Assembly: GCF_009914755.1 (NCBI RefSeq)
Contig: NC_060926.1
Source of the DNA: the human T2T-CHM13v2.0 reference genome, Homo sapiens
Direction: 5' to 3' (one strand)
DNA: 64,000 bases
A program made the position numbers and the translations under genes. Shown here in pieces: positions 1 to 16,479 of the stretch; within the stretch, counting starts at the first letter, position 1; every line of letters starts with the position of its first letter. The notes below the pieces were generated by a model. The model searched no databases. It worked only from the letters and a program-made list of their open reading frames with translations, and was not told where the DNA came from.

Positions 1-215
1 GGGCTGCTAGCTCACCTCTTCATTCTGACTGTCTTCATGGCAGGTACAATGCCGACACATGGTTGTGTGCTAGACCTCACTCATCACTAAGATGCTCAAA
101 ATCAACAAATCGCTACCATGGTCCAGTTCTTCTGTTACATACAGGTTCCCACGCTGCTGCAAATCTCACTGAATTCCGCTTGTCTACCTAATAGTTTCTA
201 AGACTTTATCTGATA

Positions 216-902
216 CAGTTGGCCCTCCATATCCATGTGTTCCACATGCATGAATTCATCCAACCACAGATTGAAAATATTTGGGAAAAAATGGATGGTT
301 GCTTCTGTACTGAACATGCACAAACTTTGTTTCTTGACACTATTACCTAAACGAGACAGTATAATAAGTATTTACATAGCATTTATACTGTACTAGGTAT
401 TATTTATAATTATAGAGTTGATTTAAAGTTATACAGGAGGTGGGGCTAGAAGCAGCGGTTCACACCTATAACCCTAGCGCTTTGGGAGGCTTAGGAAGGT
501 GAATTGCTTGAGGCCAGGAGTTTGAGACCAACCTGGGCAACACAGCAAAACCTATCTCCACAAAAAAAAATTTTTAAATAAGCCCGGTGTAGTGGTACAT
601 GCCTGTAGTCTTAGCTACTTGGAAGGCTAAGGCAGGAGGATTCCTTAAGTCCAGGAGTTCAAATCTGCAGTGAGCTGTGAATGCCACTGCACTCCAGCCT
701 GGACAACAGAGGGAGACTCTGTCTCTTAAAAAATACATAAATATAATAAAAGTATTTTTTAAAAATAAAGTATATGGGAGGATTTCAATAAGTTATATAT
801 AAATACTGCACCATTTTGTATAATGAACTTGAGCATTCATGGATTTTGGTATTCACAGGGAGTTCCTGGAACCAAACCCCCATAGATAATGGGGGACAAC
901 TA
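216..902 (+). mobile_element. MER2 (TcMar-Tigger MITE) split by an AluJ
   Basis: CAGTTGGCCCTCCATATCC...GGGGGACAACTA terminal inverted repeats with TA flanks; matches recalled MER2 consensus. Confidence 0.8.
444..745 (+). mobile_element. AluJ
   Basis: Diverged dimeric Alu; TSD-like aaagt(t)ata(c/t)(a/g)ggag on both sides. Confidence 0.85.
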
Positions 903-1310
903 TATATCTGAACATTGTAATTAAATATTTGTGCCTTGCAAACATAATGGTGATTATAAAGTAATTACTTTTCAGAGACACATATTTGGGTCTAATGTAT
1001 AACATCTGATACAGCTTTATATAGTTCCTCAAATAAGTAAATTTCTAATTGGAGTTTGGTGATACTTTTTCTTCGTAAAATATATCATACTACAGCCCTA
1101 AATACAAGATAAAGATGTGAACTGAGTAGGCTATAAAGTTCCTTTCAGTTGTAACCTTTCTGTGATTCTAAACATAGGTACATTTTATGAATAATTTTTT
1201 AAATTCACCTTTTTTGCTAAAAATTATAAACAAGTCTTATTTATTTTGCAAAATAATTGAGCATCATCTAATCTATATTGGATGTGCTTTAATAATTTGG
1301 TAAAAATACA

Positions 1311-1669
<359 letters not shown>

Positions 1670-2979
1670 CTAGTAAGTTAAGATACCATAAACAAGAAAA
1701 ATAAGAGTGCTTTACTAAATTCTACATACTCTGAATTTTATGTCTAAAAATATTTAATTATTTTATTATTAATAGTGAATGCAGCTTACAAATTATTATT
1801 AAAGTAAAATTGGTGTTTGATGAGTACAACGGTAATATATCAATAGTTACTATATCCGTAATGTTCTTTTCCACCTCTGGTGCAATGTGAGCTCTTTGGA
1901 ACATGGCCTTATCAGCTGCTGATTCTGGGACTCACTTGGCCCTGTGAGCATCCCTTTGGACTCTGGCCAATCAGCCTGAGGGAACTTTTGTTCTCAGTGG
2001 GCATTAGATATACGGAAAAAGAAAAAAAAAGACAGCCATCTTACCACAACTATTCTGAAAATTCAGTTGACTCACTTTTTAAAGTACAAAGACTATGATG
2101 TTGTTTTGTAATTGGGCTGAAGGGTAGAGTAAAGATGTTCTCAAAGATACCTGCAGGATATTTACAAAATTTTTTCCACAGTAAATCTTGTATGGGATGA
2201 TTCATTCCTTCATGTATGCAGAAGTGGTCACTCACAAGGAAGAACTTCCCAGAGAGTAGAGTCAGGGATCATGGAAAACAGTGGATTAAAAAAGTCCTTC
2301 TCAGGCAGCAGCATTGGGTCTAATTGTGGAACTGTGCCCAATGTCAGGGCAGACAGGACTCCTCAGGCATTCCCTGCAGGGTGTCACCAAGTGCTGGATC
2401 AATGACTGCTGTGTGATTCTCATTCTTTCCTTTTCTCAGTGGAAGTACCCTATACCTACTATATCACTGTGTAATGTGTGGCTAGAATACAAAAACCTTG
2501 TCCTTTTGATTCAGAAGTTGGCCACACCCTGCCCTGTTGGAAAAATGACTGCAGTTCATCCTGAGATGCTCAACTTGAAGTGGCAGCCAGTAACAAGATG
2601 GGACTTTTGGGCTCTCGCCCATGGGGAGGGTGTCTTCTCTAAGTGGGAAGAAGGGGGAAATGGATATTTGGTATCCAGAAGGGTGAATTTGACTCAGATG
2701 GCTAGTTAACCACCACACCCATCTTCTCTCCTTCCTGGGCCCTCAGCAAGACAATATTCCTCAGTCTCAGACACAGTTGGATTTTTGCAACCCAAAAGAA
2801 TATGAGTGACTCCCTTACTTGGCCCATAAAAACTTTCTCACAAAATCCTCCACCCCCTCTTCTCACATCTGCTGACTGGATGTCAACATCCAGGGCAAAC
2901 AAGGAAACCAGGGGGGAGAAGATAGCAATAAACAGCTAGAAAATAGTAGCACTGAAATTCAAACTCAAATTTCACATTT

Positions 2980-3700
2980 GATAGATGGTCTTTAAACTAA
3001 TTGCCTAATTAGCATATCTACTTGGATGCCTAATAGACAACTCGAATTTGTCCAAATATGTCCAAAACATAGGTTGTAAATATCCTACCTGATCTTCACC
3101 CCTAGCCTTCTTCCACCTTGATTAACAGTCCCACTATTCAGAAGTTACTCTGGCCTAAAACCTAAGAGTCTTCTTTAATCCCTCTCTTTCCCTCATGCCC
3201 ACATAAGTGCAACAGAAAATCCAAGTTGTTCCTCAAAACTGGCACTAATTTCAAATGTTATCCTAAATCCGATCACGGTTCATCACCTCCTTTACAACCC
3301 CCTCACCCACAGCACTATCACCTCTGAACCACTACAAGGCCTCCTAAGAGCTTCCACTCCCCCACATCTGCTCCAATAGCCTCTTTACACAAAAAAGTCA
3401 GAATGACCTTCTTGATGCATAATTCAGATCATGTTTCCCCTGCTTAAAACCAACCAATGTCTTCCCATTTTGCAAACAACACAGCCCAAACTCAGCACAA
3501 CCTTCAAAGCCCCCAGGGACTGGCCAAGCCCTCTTCAACTGCACCTTCTACTACATGACCTCAGTATGTTTGAGGAAAAGCAAGAAGGCGGAGGTGATTA
3601 GAGAATGGGAAGTGACTACTACCCACTAGTCATGACTCTCTAATCAACTTGGCCTTCTTGCTGTTTCTCAAACATGCCAAGATCATTGCCATCTATGTCA
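2980..3700 (+). mobile_element. L2 (LINE2) fragment
   Basis: Degenerate L2 3' motifs (tcagatcatgtttcccctgcttaaaacc; ggccttcttgctgtttctcaaacatgccaag). Confidence 0.6.
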
Positions 3701-4164
3701 GTCAGGAATGCAACAGGACAATTCAACAAGGGATTGTTTACAAAGATGTGAGCAGCAAAACCAATAAGGAATGGTTAGTCTCCCAGGGCTAGCAACAGTG
3801 GAAAGCCATTTTAATTGCTAGAACTAAAAACAATTAATATTGTTCATTTATGTGCTTATAGCCTGTGTCTACAACTAATTCAACAAGTGAGAATTTCTCT
3901 GTCTTAATTACAATTGCATCTTTCCCCCTTCCCTGACCAGTGCCTAGCATAATGCTTAGTGAGTGGTAGATGCTCTGTAAATGTAGACCAGGCTGAAAGA
4001 ACCGCTACACAATAGCTTCTTCTATCTTAGGCTCTTCTAGCCCAATCCAAATCTATTCAACAGTCAATTGTAGGATGTCCTTCTCAGTCCCTAAGCCAAT
4101 GGGAAATATCCACTCTACTGGTGCCTTCTCTGACTGTGTCCTGGTCTTTAATTGGTGCTAATGT

Positions 4165-4635
4165 GCGTGTGTGTGTGTATATATATATAAAATATATAAT
4201 TATATATAATATATATAATTTTTATGTAAATATATATAATTTATTATATATAATTTTATATTTATAATATTTTTATATACATATTTTATATATCTTTATA
4301 ATTATATATTACATATATAATATTATATAATATGTATTATATATAATATATATTATATATTATATATATTATATAATATATATATTATATATAATATATA
4401 TAACATATAATAATATATTATACATAATTTATATATAATTTTTATATAATTATATATTTATATATAATTTTTATATAATTATATATATTTATATATTTTT
4501 ATATAATTATATATATATAATTTTATATAAATATATATAATTTTATATAATTATAAAATATATAATTATATATAATTTTATATAATTATAAAATATATAA
4601 TTTTATATAAATATATATTATAATTTATATATTTT
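4165..4635. repeat. (TG)n followed by a long TA-rich low-complexity tract
   Basis: About 460 bp almost entirely A/T, with imperfect TATATAAT-type units. Confidence 0.95.
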
Positions 4636-5244
4636 TTTAATGTAAAGTGACAGAATAGCTTCATGAGGCCACTGTTCTTCAGATAGAGATCAGTTATTCT
4701 AAACACATAAGTCACCTTGTTTTAGACACTTCCCAAATTCACTCCTATAATAAACAATCAGGAATGAGTACACCTAAAACTCAAGCTGGACTTAAGAAAT
4801 TAGACTATACCTATGATTTCTAATATGATCCATAACTTGATAAAGATCTCAGTTTCTGGTTTAATTTTATATGAATAGAAACAAGGATTCCTAAAGGACT
4901 TTGAATAACGTGCTCTGAGAATTAAAAGATAAATTATCTAAGGGATACGATTATATCTTCTTCTGGGGTTCTAACAAAATTTTTCCGTCTTTATAGAAGG
5001 GTGTTTGGTTTACCAAGAGTAAAATTTTGATAGCAAGCAAAAGTTGTTTATCTTGAAATAGTGCACACAATGACCACATCTTTGAGAGAAGAAGATTGCC
5101 TGCTAATACCTTACCGAGTCTACTAAAAGATGTACCATATTAAATCAATAGATAGTGACTCATCTACAATGGAGTATGAATTACAGCAAATGACTGACAG
5201 GCCCACTCTTCTAATCTCCCAGTTGTGTTTATGTGATAGTCTAA

Positions 5245-5768
5245 ATCACATCAGCCAACTATGGCCCTTTGGTCAAATTTATTTATTTACAAATAAAAAA
5301 CTTTATTTGTAAATAAAGTTTTATTGGGGCCAGGCGTACTGGCTCACACCTGTAATCCCAGCACTTTGGGAGGCGGAGGCAGGCAGATCACCTGAGGTCT
5401 GGAGTTCAAGACCAGCCTGGCCAACACGGTAAAACCCCATTTCTACAAAAAATACAAAAATTATCCAGGCGTGGTGGCTCGTGCCTGTAGTCCCAGCTAC
5501 TGGAGAGGTGGAGGTTGCAGTGAGCCGAGATTATGCCACTGCACTCCAGCCTGAGTGACAGAGTGAGATCCTGACTCAAAAAAACAAACAAACAAAAAAA
5601 ATAAGTTTTATTGGAACACAGTTATGAGATCATTCACTTAAATATGTGTTGTCTCTGGCTGCTTTTGCACTACAACAGCAAGCAGAGTTGAGAAGTTGTG
5701 GAAGAGAACATATGGCCCAGAAAACCTAAAATATTTGTTATCTAGCCCTTTATAGAAACAGTTTAGCT
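5245..5768. mobile_element. MER58A-like hAT-Charlie MITE interrupted by an Alu
   Basis: tttgtaaataaagttttattggaacacag...aaaatatttgttatctagccctttatagaaa matches MER58. Confidence 0.7.
5328..5600 (+). mobile_element. AluS with a ~30-bp internal deletion in the right arm
   Basis: Alu consensus; TSD aataa(a)gttttattgg. Confidence 0.9.
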
Positions 5769-6529
5769 TTCTAAAACAGAAAACAATTAGTCACTATTCC
5801 TAATGCTTGGGATGGGGATAAGGAGGAGCAGGGTCTGACAGCAGACGTTTCCAGGATGATATGGTATGTGGAATACGTGGTATGCAAAAATACAGCCTAT
5901 ATTTTTAGGCCACCTCTTGACTGTATCAAAGAAGTTCTTAAACTAATATGCAAGATTAATTGATGCTCTGTCAGACATTTTTGAAGTCCCCTACTGGTTA
6001 TTTTTGTGGTCACTTAGAGGCCTGGAAATACTGATTCAAATTCCATGTTAACCATTTTGCTATCCTTACCAGGCTCACAGGTAATTGTTAGTATGTCCTT
6101 CTCAGCCCCTGAGCCAATGGGAAGTATTAGGCTGACTTGGTGTCAGCAGCACATTATCAACTCTACTGGTAAGGAGAGCGTGGTCTATTCCACCAGGTGG
6201 CATTCCAACATTCCACCTAGTGGTAGACTATCCACCCCAAGGGAGTTATGCAGTGGCCACGACTAAAGGCAGGCTGCAAACATGACAGCCACAAAAACAA
6301 GGTTGGATTTGCTTGGTGGCACCCCATGTTATGTGGCCCATGCATCTACCTATCTCTTCCTCCTTGTCTACTTCTTTCATGGGCCCTCAATGTTAAAACC
6401 AGAAAAGGCAGGTTGTTCTTGTCAAATTCTGTCATCAATAGGATCAGCTTATCTTCTTCACTGTTATGATTTTATTCAATCATAGGAGATACCGGGTGTG
6501 TTTTCTTATGAAGCTCAAAAATTAATTAA

Positions 6530-7260
6530 ATGATGTGTGTATTCTTTCAACAAATATGCATTAACCTTCCAACTATGTAGCAAACACTTTCCCAGGCACA
6601 AGGAATAGAGTGCTAAACAAGACTAAGTCCCTGCCTTCAGGAATCCTTCATTCTAATAAGTATATTCTAGTCTTGCTCATTGAGAAAGATGTATATTGTG
6701 TTTTTAAGCAAATAAACCAGTAAATATAACTTTTAAGAAGGGATATGTGTCATGGAGAAAATAAAGCAGGGTCTAGGCTTATATAATTGTAGGGATGAGT
6801 TAATTTTAGTAAGGTTAGTCAGAGAAGGTATCTCTGAAAAGATTGACTTGAGAAACCAAGGTGAATACGGATAGAAAGAATAAGAAATGCAGCTGAAGAG
6901 GTGGACAGGGTCATGGGAAGGAGTTTGAATTTTATTTTAAAGGTGTGGAGAAGCCAGCAGAGGATTGAGGCAGGAGAATAAAATCATCTGACTTGATGTC
7001 TAAAAGTAAAACTATGGTTGCTGCATGGAAAATAGAAAGTAAGCAGTAAGAGTGAATGCAGTTAGATCTGCTTAGGAAGCTGTTCTAATTGTGGCTGGGA
7101 ATGCAGGGGTGGTGATGAAGATTACTAGCAGTTGGATTCCATATATATTCTGAAGATAGTTCCAGATAAATTAGATGTGGGATAAGGAAAAGAAAGGAAT
7201 CAAGGATGACTCCTAGGTTTCTGATCTGAGAGCTGTGTAAGTGGTTAAGTGGCCACATTT
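6530..7260 (-). mobile_element. L2 fragment
   Basis: ttcaacaaatatgcatt...gtccctgccttcagg...aaggatgactcctaggtttctg antisense L2 motifs. Confidence 0.6.
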
Positions 7261-7544
7261 TAGCCACGTCTTCTCAGAAGACCTTGTCCCATATCTTTGT
7301 CCCTATTCCCACGTACTGGCTCAGTGCACAGCACTCAGTGATGACAACCACCACCCACATTGGGCTTAGGGGACGGTGCACATTCACACAGTGTGGGTGG
7401 TAGTTTGTCTAAAAACCCAAGTATCTCTCCACTCAGGGAAATTTTTTTCTTCACGGAACCAGCTTCCTCTCCTTTCTTCATTCAACTCTTATTCACCTTT
7501 CAGGCCTGATTCAATTTTTATCTTTAATTTTTTTATTCTTCATT

Positions 7545-7911
<367 letters not shown>

Positions 7912-7977
7912 TAGGCTAGCCCCCATGCACACCCCAGTAAACATCCTAAAAGGCAGTCAGGTGCACTGGCTAGGAGT

Positions 7978-8168
7978 ATCAGTTGGCAAACGTTTTTTGT
8001 AAAGTGTCAGCCAGGTAGTAAATATTTTAGACTTTATAGGACATAAACAATTTCTATCACATATTGTTTTTTACAATGCTTTATAAATGTAAAAACTATT
8101 CTTGGCTCACCAGCTATGCAAAAATAGGCCCAGATTAGGCTGGAAGGCCATAGTTTACCAACCCTTGG
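7978..8168. mobile_element. MER58-like MITE nested in a MIR
   Basis: cagttggcaaac...ccatagtttaccaaccc termini; MIR sequence resumes on both sides. Confidence 0.6.
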
Positions 8169-8273
8169 TTAAGAGTATGGCTTACACAGACTGTGTGGGA
8201 TTGAATTCTGGCTCTGCATCTACTTAGTTGTGAGGCCTCAGACAAGCCTCAACCTCTCTATGCCTTGGCTTCC

Positions 8274-8700
8274 TGATGGGAGACAATTCACCATGGATTT
8301 CTCTCATTTCTGCACATCTTTGTCACGAACTATTTTTTCAAAGATATTTATATAGAGAACAGCCTTGGAAGAGAGAGTGCTTCCCTCTGCAGTAAAGAGC
8401 AGCCTTGTTTACGGTCAAGTATAACAATGATAATATCTCCCTCTAAGAAAAAGAGTGGGTGTGCTTCAGCCCATCATAAAAGATTTGGGTTCCCTGATCT
8501 CAGTACTCCTCAGCTGTGATACAGACCCACTGTATGCACATCTGGAAACCTGAAGTCCATGAGGTCTATGCCACCCATTATGTCTTCGGTAATAAAGTCC
8601 TTTGTCTCTGACACAGGAGTCTCATGATTTTTGCCAGCTTCCATCTAACTTATTAGGTTATAACTAGGGTAAAATCTCAGATCCTTCAAAGTTCCTGACA
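8274..8700 (+). mobile_element. ERVL solo LTR (LTR40-like)
   Basis: TG...CA ends; gggagacaattcaccatgg start; aataaagtcctttgtctctgac poly(A) region. Confidence 0.6.
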
Positions 8701-8912
8701 TTACTTCATAAATAATACATTTATAGGCAAAATAGGGAGATCCTGACTCTGCCAAAAAATTTTTCAATTTTTTTAATTTAAAATAATAATGATATATTTA
8801 TAGAGTTCAAAAAAATAAATATGTGATAGAGATTGTATATGTCCTATAAAGTCTAAAATATTTACTCCCTGGCTGACATAGGATTATGGTAAAGATTAAA
8901 TAAGCAAATACA

Positions 8913-9500
<588 letters not shown>

Positions 9501-9845
9501 TTAAATAAGCAGATAAAGTTTGCACTTTGAACTGTTCTTGGCACAGTTTCTAAATTATGTAAATTTCAGCTATTATTAATATTATGACTCTTTGTTCTTG
9601 TTCTTCATAGCAAATTATCACAATTCCAATTTATATACTCATTGTTGTAATGTTTGGTTTTATTGCCTTACTCCTCACTAAATTATAGACTCTATGAGGC
9701 CACCAAGAGGGCACCTAGTAGGTATTCAAAGTACTTATCATATGAAATAATAAATTGTCTTCTAACTTTTCTTCCATAATTTCAACTATCTGTCTTTCTG
9801 CACTAAGTTCTGGGAAATTCATTGGCACCATATTTCAGCTTATAA

Positions 9846-10225
<380 letters not shown>

Positions 10226-11129
10226 CAGAGTAGCCTAGAAATGTTTTGTGAGTGCAACATAATCTCAATCATTTCTAGAAATACTGAAAATTTAAGTTAT
10301 CTAATTTTCTAAATTATCTGTTTTCTCAGTAACTATTTACTAATTATTCTTCATTCTTCTTCTTCATGCTAATGTCTGATGATTTTTAATTATCTATTCA
10401 AGTTTATAAATAAGAAGTGTTTTTAGCTAGTGTTCTAAAGTCACTGTGTCCTTTGCAGTGTGAATACCTAGCTGAGAGCAGAGCACTGGCCATGGTGAGG
10501 GACAGCAAAGTGCAGCCAGGAAAATCACCTTTCATGCTTCTTGGGGAACTTGCTTTCAGAATGTGAGAGACTGTGTCCATTTTGGTGGCTAGAACCTGAA
10601 CTATCTCTCTTCGAGATTATACTATGACATTCCGTCTCCCAAGGGAGGCACTCCCCACTTTCTGGTCTTTAAGAACAAGGCTGTCTCTAGCTATAGCCTA
10701 GAAGAGGAATACCCATTTGGGCACTCTCTGGGCCTGACCTTATTCCAGCCATTTTGGAACTAATGACCCCACCCTCTGCCCCATAATCTACTCTTCTCCA
10801 CTGCTTCTTCCCCCCACAGCTACTAACGACTCTAGTCTTGAGGATTTTTTCAAGGTTCTTTCAAAAAAACTCAATTTTCCAATAGTCTCTTCCTCTACTA
10901 TATTGCTTTTTAGGATCTTTACCTTTGCCAAAGATAGAATCCCATGCTTTATGTCTCCCAGAAATCCCTCATTGTTTCTGGTTTGCGGATGGCAATGTGA
11001 ATGTTTTCCAGTGCTGCTACAGATCTTGCTCTTTAACTGCATGGCATTTTGAAAGGAGCAGAGATAAAAGTGTGTACTGAGTAGACACCCATCTTGAAAC
11101 AGAATGGCTGTTTAGCATTTAAACATGCT

Positions 11130-11900
11130 AAAGTCTCTCCTGGTTTGTTTTTTTTTTTTTAATTATTTTTGCCTTTCAAAATAGGTGATTACACACACCT
11201 TCTCCATTTTCTCATTTTCCATCTTACTCCAGCACAGTCAGGCTCTGTCTCCAGAAGTCCATCAAAAGTGTTATTGCCAAGGTCTTAAGAACCTTCTTGC
11301 CACTAAAGCCAATGGATACTTTTAAGTCCACGTATTTCTTGTAGCATTTGACAACGTAACCATCATTACTTTCATGAAATGCTCTCATCCCTCAGTTTCT
11401 CTGATAACGAACATTCCAGATTTTTCCTCCCACCTTTCCCACAGTACTTTCTCACCTACTCTCATCTTCTTTCTCAGGGGTTCCAAAATTCTTCTTGTTT
11501 TGTTTTACTGTTTGTTTGTTTTTGTTTCATTCTCTTCACTCCCTGAGTCATCCACTCAATGGCTTCAATTCTCTCTATATGCTGATGCCTCTTGGACTCT
11601 CAGACATACCTTCAGGCTAAAGCTTGTTCTTGAGAACATCAAACTACCATTTGGATATCCCATTGGCATCTCAGATTCAGCTCATCCAAAACTGAATTTA
11701 TCACCTCCCTGGCATTACATCTATTTTGTCTGGTTTCTTATTTCATCAAATACCCCACCAGTTGCCAAGTCCGAATCTCTTCCCATATTCCCCACAACAC
11801 TTCCCCACACATTTATCCCCTTAATATTTTTCAAGCCTTCCTGCCTCCTTCCATTCTTTCTGAATTGGACATTGTTGATTCCACACCCAGCATCTATCTC
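11130..11900 (+). mobile_element. L2 fragment
   Basis: Pyrimidine-rich degenerate L2 motifs (ttattgccaaggtc, gcatttgacaac, atgctgatgcctc). Confidence 0.5.
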
Positions 11901-12357
11901 CTCTTCATTCTTCCTAATAGAACCCAGTTCTGGTGTCTGCCTCTTCCCCATGCAGCCCACATGCCTCCAAGGACATTGATCTCAACCTCAGCTTCAGGAA
12001 TTAGCGTGATTGGCTAAGAATAAGCCATTCTCCTGGGCAGTGGTCAGTTTAGGAACTGGCTTGGAATGTACTTTGGCCAATAAGAGTCAGGGAGAGGCTG
12101 GAAGAGAATTCTGACTTGTAGAATATTTCTCATTCTTCTGGGAATGCTTCAAGAATGGACCTCTCAATTCCTCTAGACATTTCATGTGTAGAATATAGAG
12201 TTTGGACTTGATGTAATAATTTTGCAGCCAAATCCTAAGAAAAAAGCAATGAATAAAAGAAAAACTAGGGTCTGGGAGCAGCAATGTCTGTGATGTGCTC
12301 TAGGAGAGGCAGGGAGAGCAGGCCAGACCAAAGAGTGCGGTCTGGGCCACAGATGTC

Positions 12358-12635
12358 ACATGGCCTGTACTTTGGACTGTGATGCATACCTATGCTCGCT
12401 ATGTCACATTCCCTGTGGACTTCATGACTGGGGCTATGGGATACCACCTGGAATAGTTCATCAGGGAAAAGGATCCAAGGCCTGTGGAGGAGGAGAAGAG
12501 CATCTCAGAGCAACGGGAGGATCACAAGCTCGGTGAGCTGCTTAGCAAGGAGCACACCCAGGTGATGAGCCTTAAGGGCCAGCTGGAATTTTCCCTGAAG
12601 CTGTCCTTAGCAGAAACTGCCCAGAAAAGAATTAA
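12358..12635 (+). pseudogene. SMIM12P1: Processed pseudogene of SMIM12 (C1orf212), CDS remnant; probable 3'UTR continues to about 13710, interrupted by Alus
   Basis: Translates as [77 protein letters not shown]..., then after a frameshift [11 protein letters not shown], colinear with SMIM12 ([20 protein letters not shown]...[16 protein letters not shown]...NRPEKN). Start codon lost, TAG at 12454-12456; AATAAA and A-rich tail near 13678-13708. Confidence 0.88.
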
Positions 12636-13070
12636 TGGAGGACACAAGACCCTTTGGTCTTACTGTGGGCCATGACTGGTCCTGCCACTGTGTCCACCCA
12701 GCCCCAGAATTCACCTCTGATCTGCTTTGTTGCTTACCCTGGCCCCTCCCACACCTCACAGCCACACACACACTGGCTGCTCCTTGATGGCAGGCAGACC
12801 CAGCAGCCGCTGAGGGCCAGTGAAAAGGAAGGCCCTAGAGGGTTCTGGCTGAAAACTGCATCTGTTGTATAGTGGCCACAAATGTTCAGGCTTCCAAGCC
12901 TATGGGTGCACTGCGGGGAAGAGTGTTATGAAATGCACACTGGCTGTCAGTCTCTGTGGGAAAGCAGTTTGGCCTCGAGCGAGAATGGATGGGATGTGGG
13001 TGTTGCCTTGAGAAGGGATCGTTACTTGTCTATTTTCAGTTTGCAATGGGAAGAATTCAAAAATCTATCT

Positions 13071-13586
<516 letters not shown>

Positions 13587-13996
13587 CTATAATTAGGAAA
13601 TGAAATCAAGATTTTAAAAATATATAGGAACTTCATGCATTTATTTTGTACTGAAATTATATGTGCAGAATCAAGACAATAAATTTTCTTGCCCTAATAA
13701 ATAAAAAATGTGGTAAAACAGGCCAATAAGATTTTAAAGATTTGAAGTTGATGCTCCTAACATTAGAAGTTACAAAGTATTAGAGGTTGAAGTTCATGTT
13801 TTTTTCCTTTATTTCCAGCCAGTGTCCATCAATGTGCTTGATCATAGCTAAAATGCTCCACGTGTAACTCTTGCTTTTCTACGTCACCCCAGCCAGAGAA
13901 ATCAAGAATGACAGATGGAGATACAGATGGTAACTGAACCAACTTTGTCTCTGAACCGCTTTATTATTCTGTGGCTTTGGGCAACTTACTTAATCA

Positions 13997-14377
<381 letters not shown>

Positions 14378-14387
14378 TAAAGCACCT

Positions 14388-15147
14388 AATCAAAACTACA
14401 ATTAGACACCCTCTCATGCCAGTCAGAATGGCAATTATTAGAAAGTAAAGAAACAACAGGTGCTGGTGAAGTTGCAGAGAAAAAGGAATGCTTTTACACT
14501 GCTGGTGGGAGTATAAATTAGTTCAACCATTGGAAAAGATAGTACAGCAATTACTTAAGAGATCTAGAAGCAGAAATACCATTTGACCCAGCAATGCCAT
14601 TACTGGGTATATACCCAAAGGAATACAGATCATTCCATTATTACATAAAGATACATGCATGAGTATGTTCATTGCTGCACTATTCACAATAGCAAAGATA
14701 TGAAACCAACCCAAATGCCCATCAATGATAAGCTGGAGAAAGAAAATGTGGTACATATACACTATGGAATACTATGCAGCCATACAAAGGAATGAGATCA
14801 TGTCCTTTGCAGGGAGATGGATGGAGCAGGGAGCCATTATCCTCAGCAAATTAACACAGGAACAGAAAACCAAACACTGCATGTTCTCACTTATAAGTGG
14901 GAGCTGAACAATGAGAACACATGGGCACATTGGGGGAACAACACACACTGGGGCCTGTCAGTGGGGCAGGGGGAGGGAGAGCATCAAGAAGAATAGCTAG
15001 TGGATGCTCAGCTTAATTCCTGGGTGATGGGTTGATTTGTGCAGCAAACCACTATGGCACATGTATACCTATGTAACAAACCTGCACATCCTGCACATGT
15101 ACCTTGGAACTTAAAAGTTGAAGAAAAAAAAGAAAAAGAAAAAGAAA
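14388..15147 (+). mobile_element. 5'-truncated primate L1 (3' end of ORF2 and 3'UTR)
   Basis: ORF ...KMWYIYTMEYYAAIQRNEIMSFAG...HCMFSLISGS is the L1 ORF2 C-terminus; A-rich tail; TSD. Confidence 0.9.
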
Positions 15148-15734
15148 TGAGTAAAGTCCCTGACACATGCTGAAGTACTCAAGAGGGAAATAATCATCAT
15201 TATCTAGAATTTGCTCTAAACTATTAAAGAAAAAAAGGCACTTGGAGGTAGAGGAGTAGCAACAGATGAAACAAGAATAGACATCAATTGGTAATTGTTA
15301 AAGCTGGGTGATTAGGAACATGGGCGTTCAAGTTTTGAATGTATTTGAAATTTTCCATAATAAAAAGTTAAAATAAATATATACACTTAAAATAGCACAT
15401 AAAATTACTATAACAACAAGCCTGACAATCTGGACCACACCATCTTCACTCATTATAGAACTGCTTTCATTGAGAATCATAAGAAACCAAGTCTACTTGT
15501 TTGAGCAATGTTGTCAGGGATGCTGTGTATCCTATCACACTGGCTTCCATGGGGATCCACAGAAAAATACTTTTTAGGTCTTTATGCCAGGACAAGCTGG
15601 TGTAGTTACTCATTTCTGAGTTAGGCACTCCGTGAATCTTACGTTTCTCTTTACAATCCACTTTAGCAACTACTCCAGACCCTAGTTCTAGAGATCACCA
15701 ATGCCCATTCAATCCACAATTTTACTGCAGTTTG

Positions 15735-16470
<736 letters not shown>

Positions 16471-16479
16471 AGGGGAAGT

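Noticed and set aside
6180-6480. Possible ERVL integrase remnant on the minus strand
   Set aside because: Only a faint motif resemblance (gcatgggccacataacatgg..ccaccaag); too degenerate to call without a Dfam search
11374-11979. 201-aa hydrophobic ORF
   Set aside because: Lies in pyrimidine-rich degenerate L2 sequence; F/L/S/P bias follows from base composition
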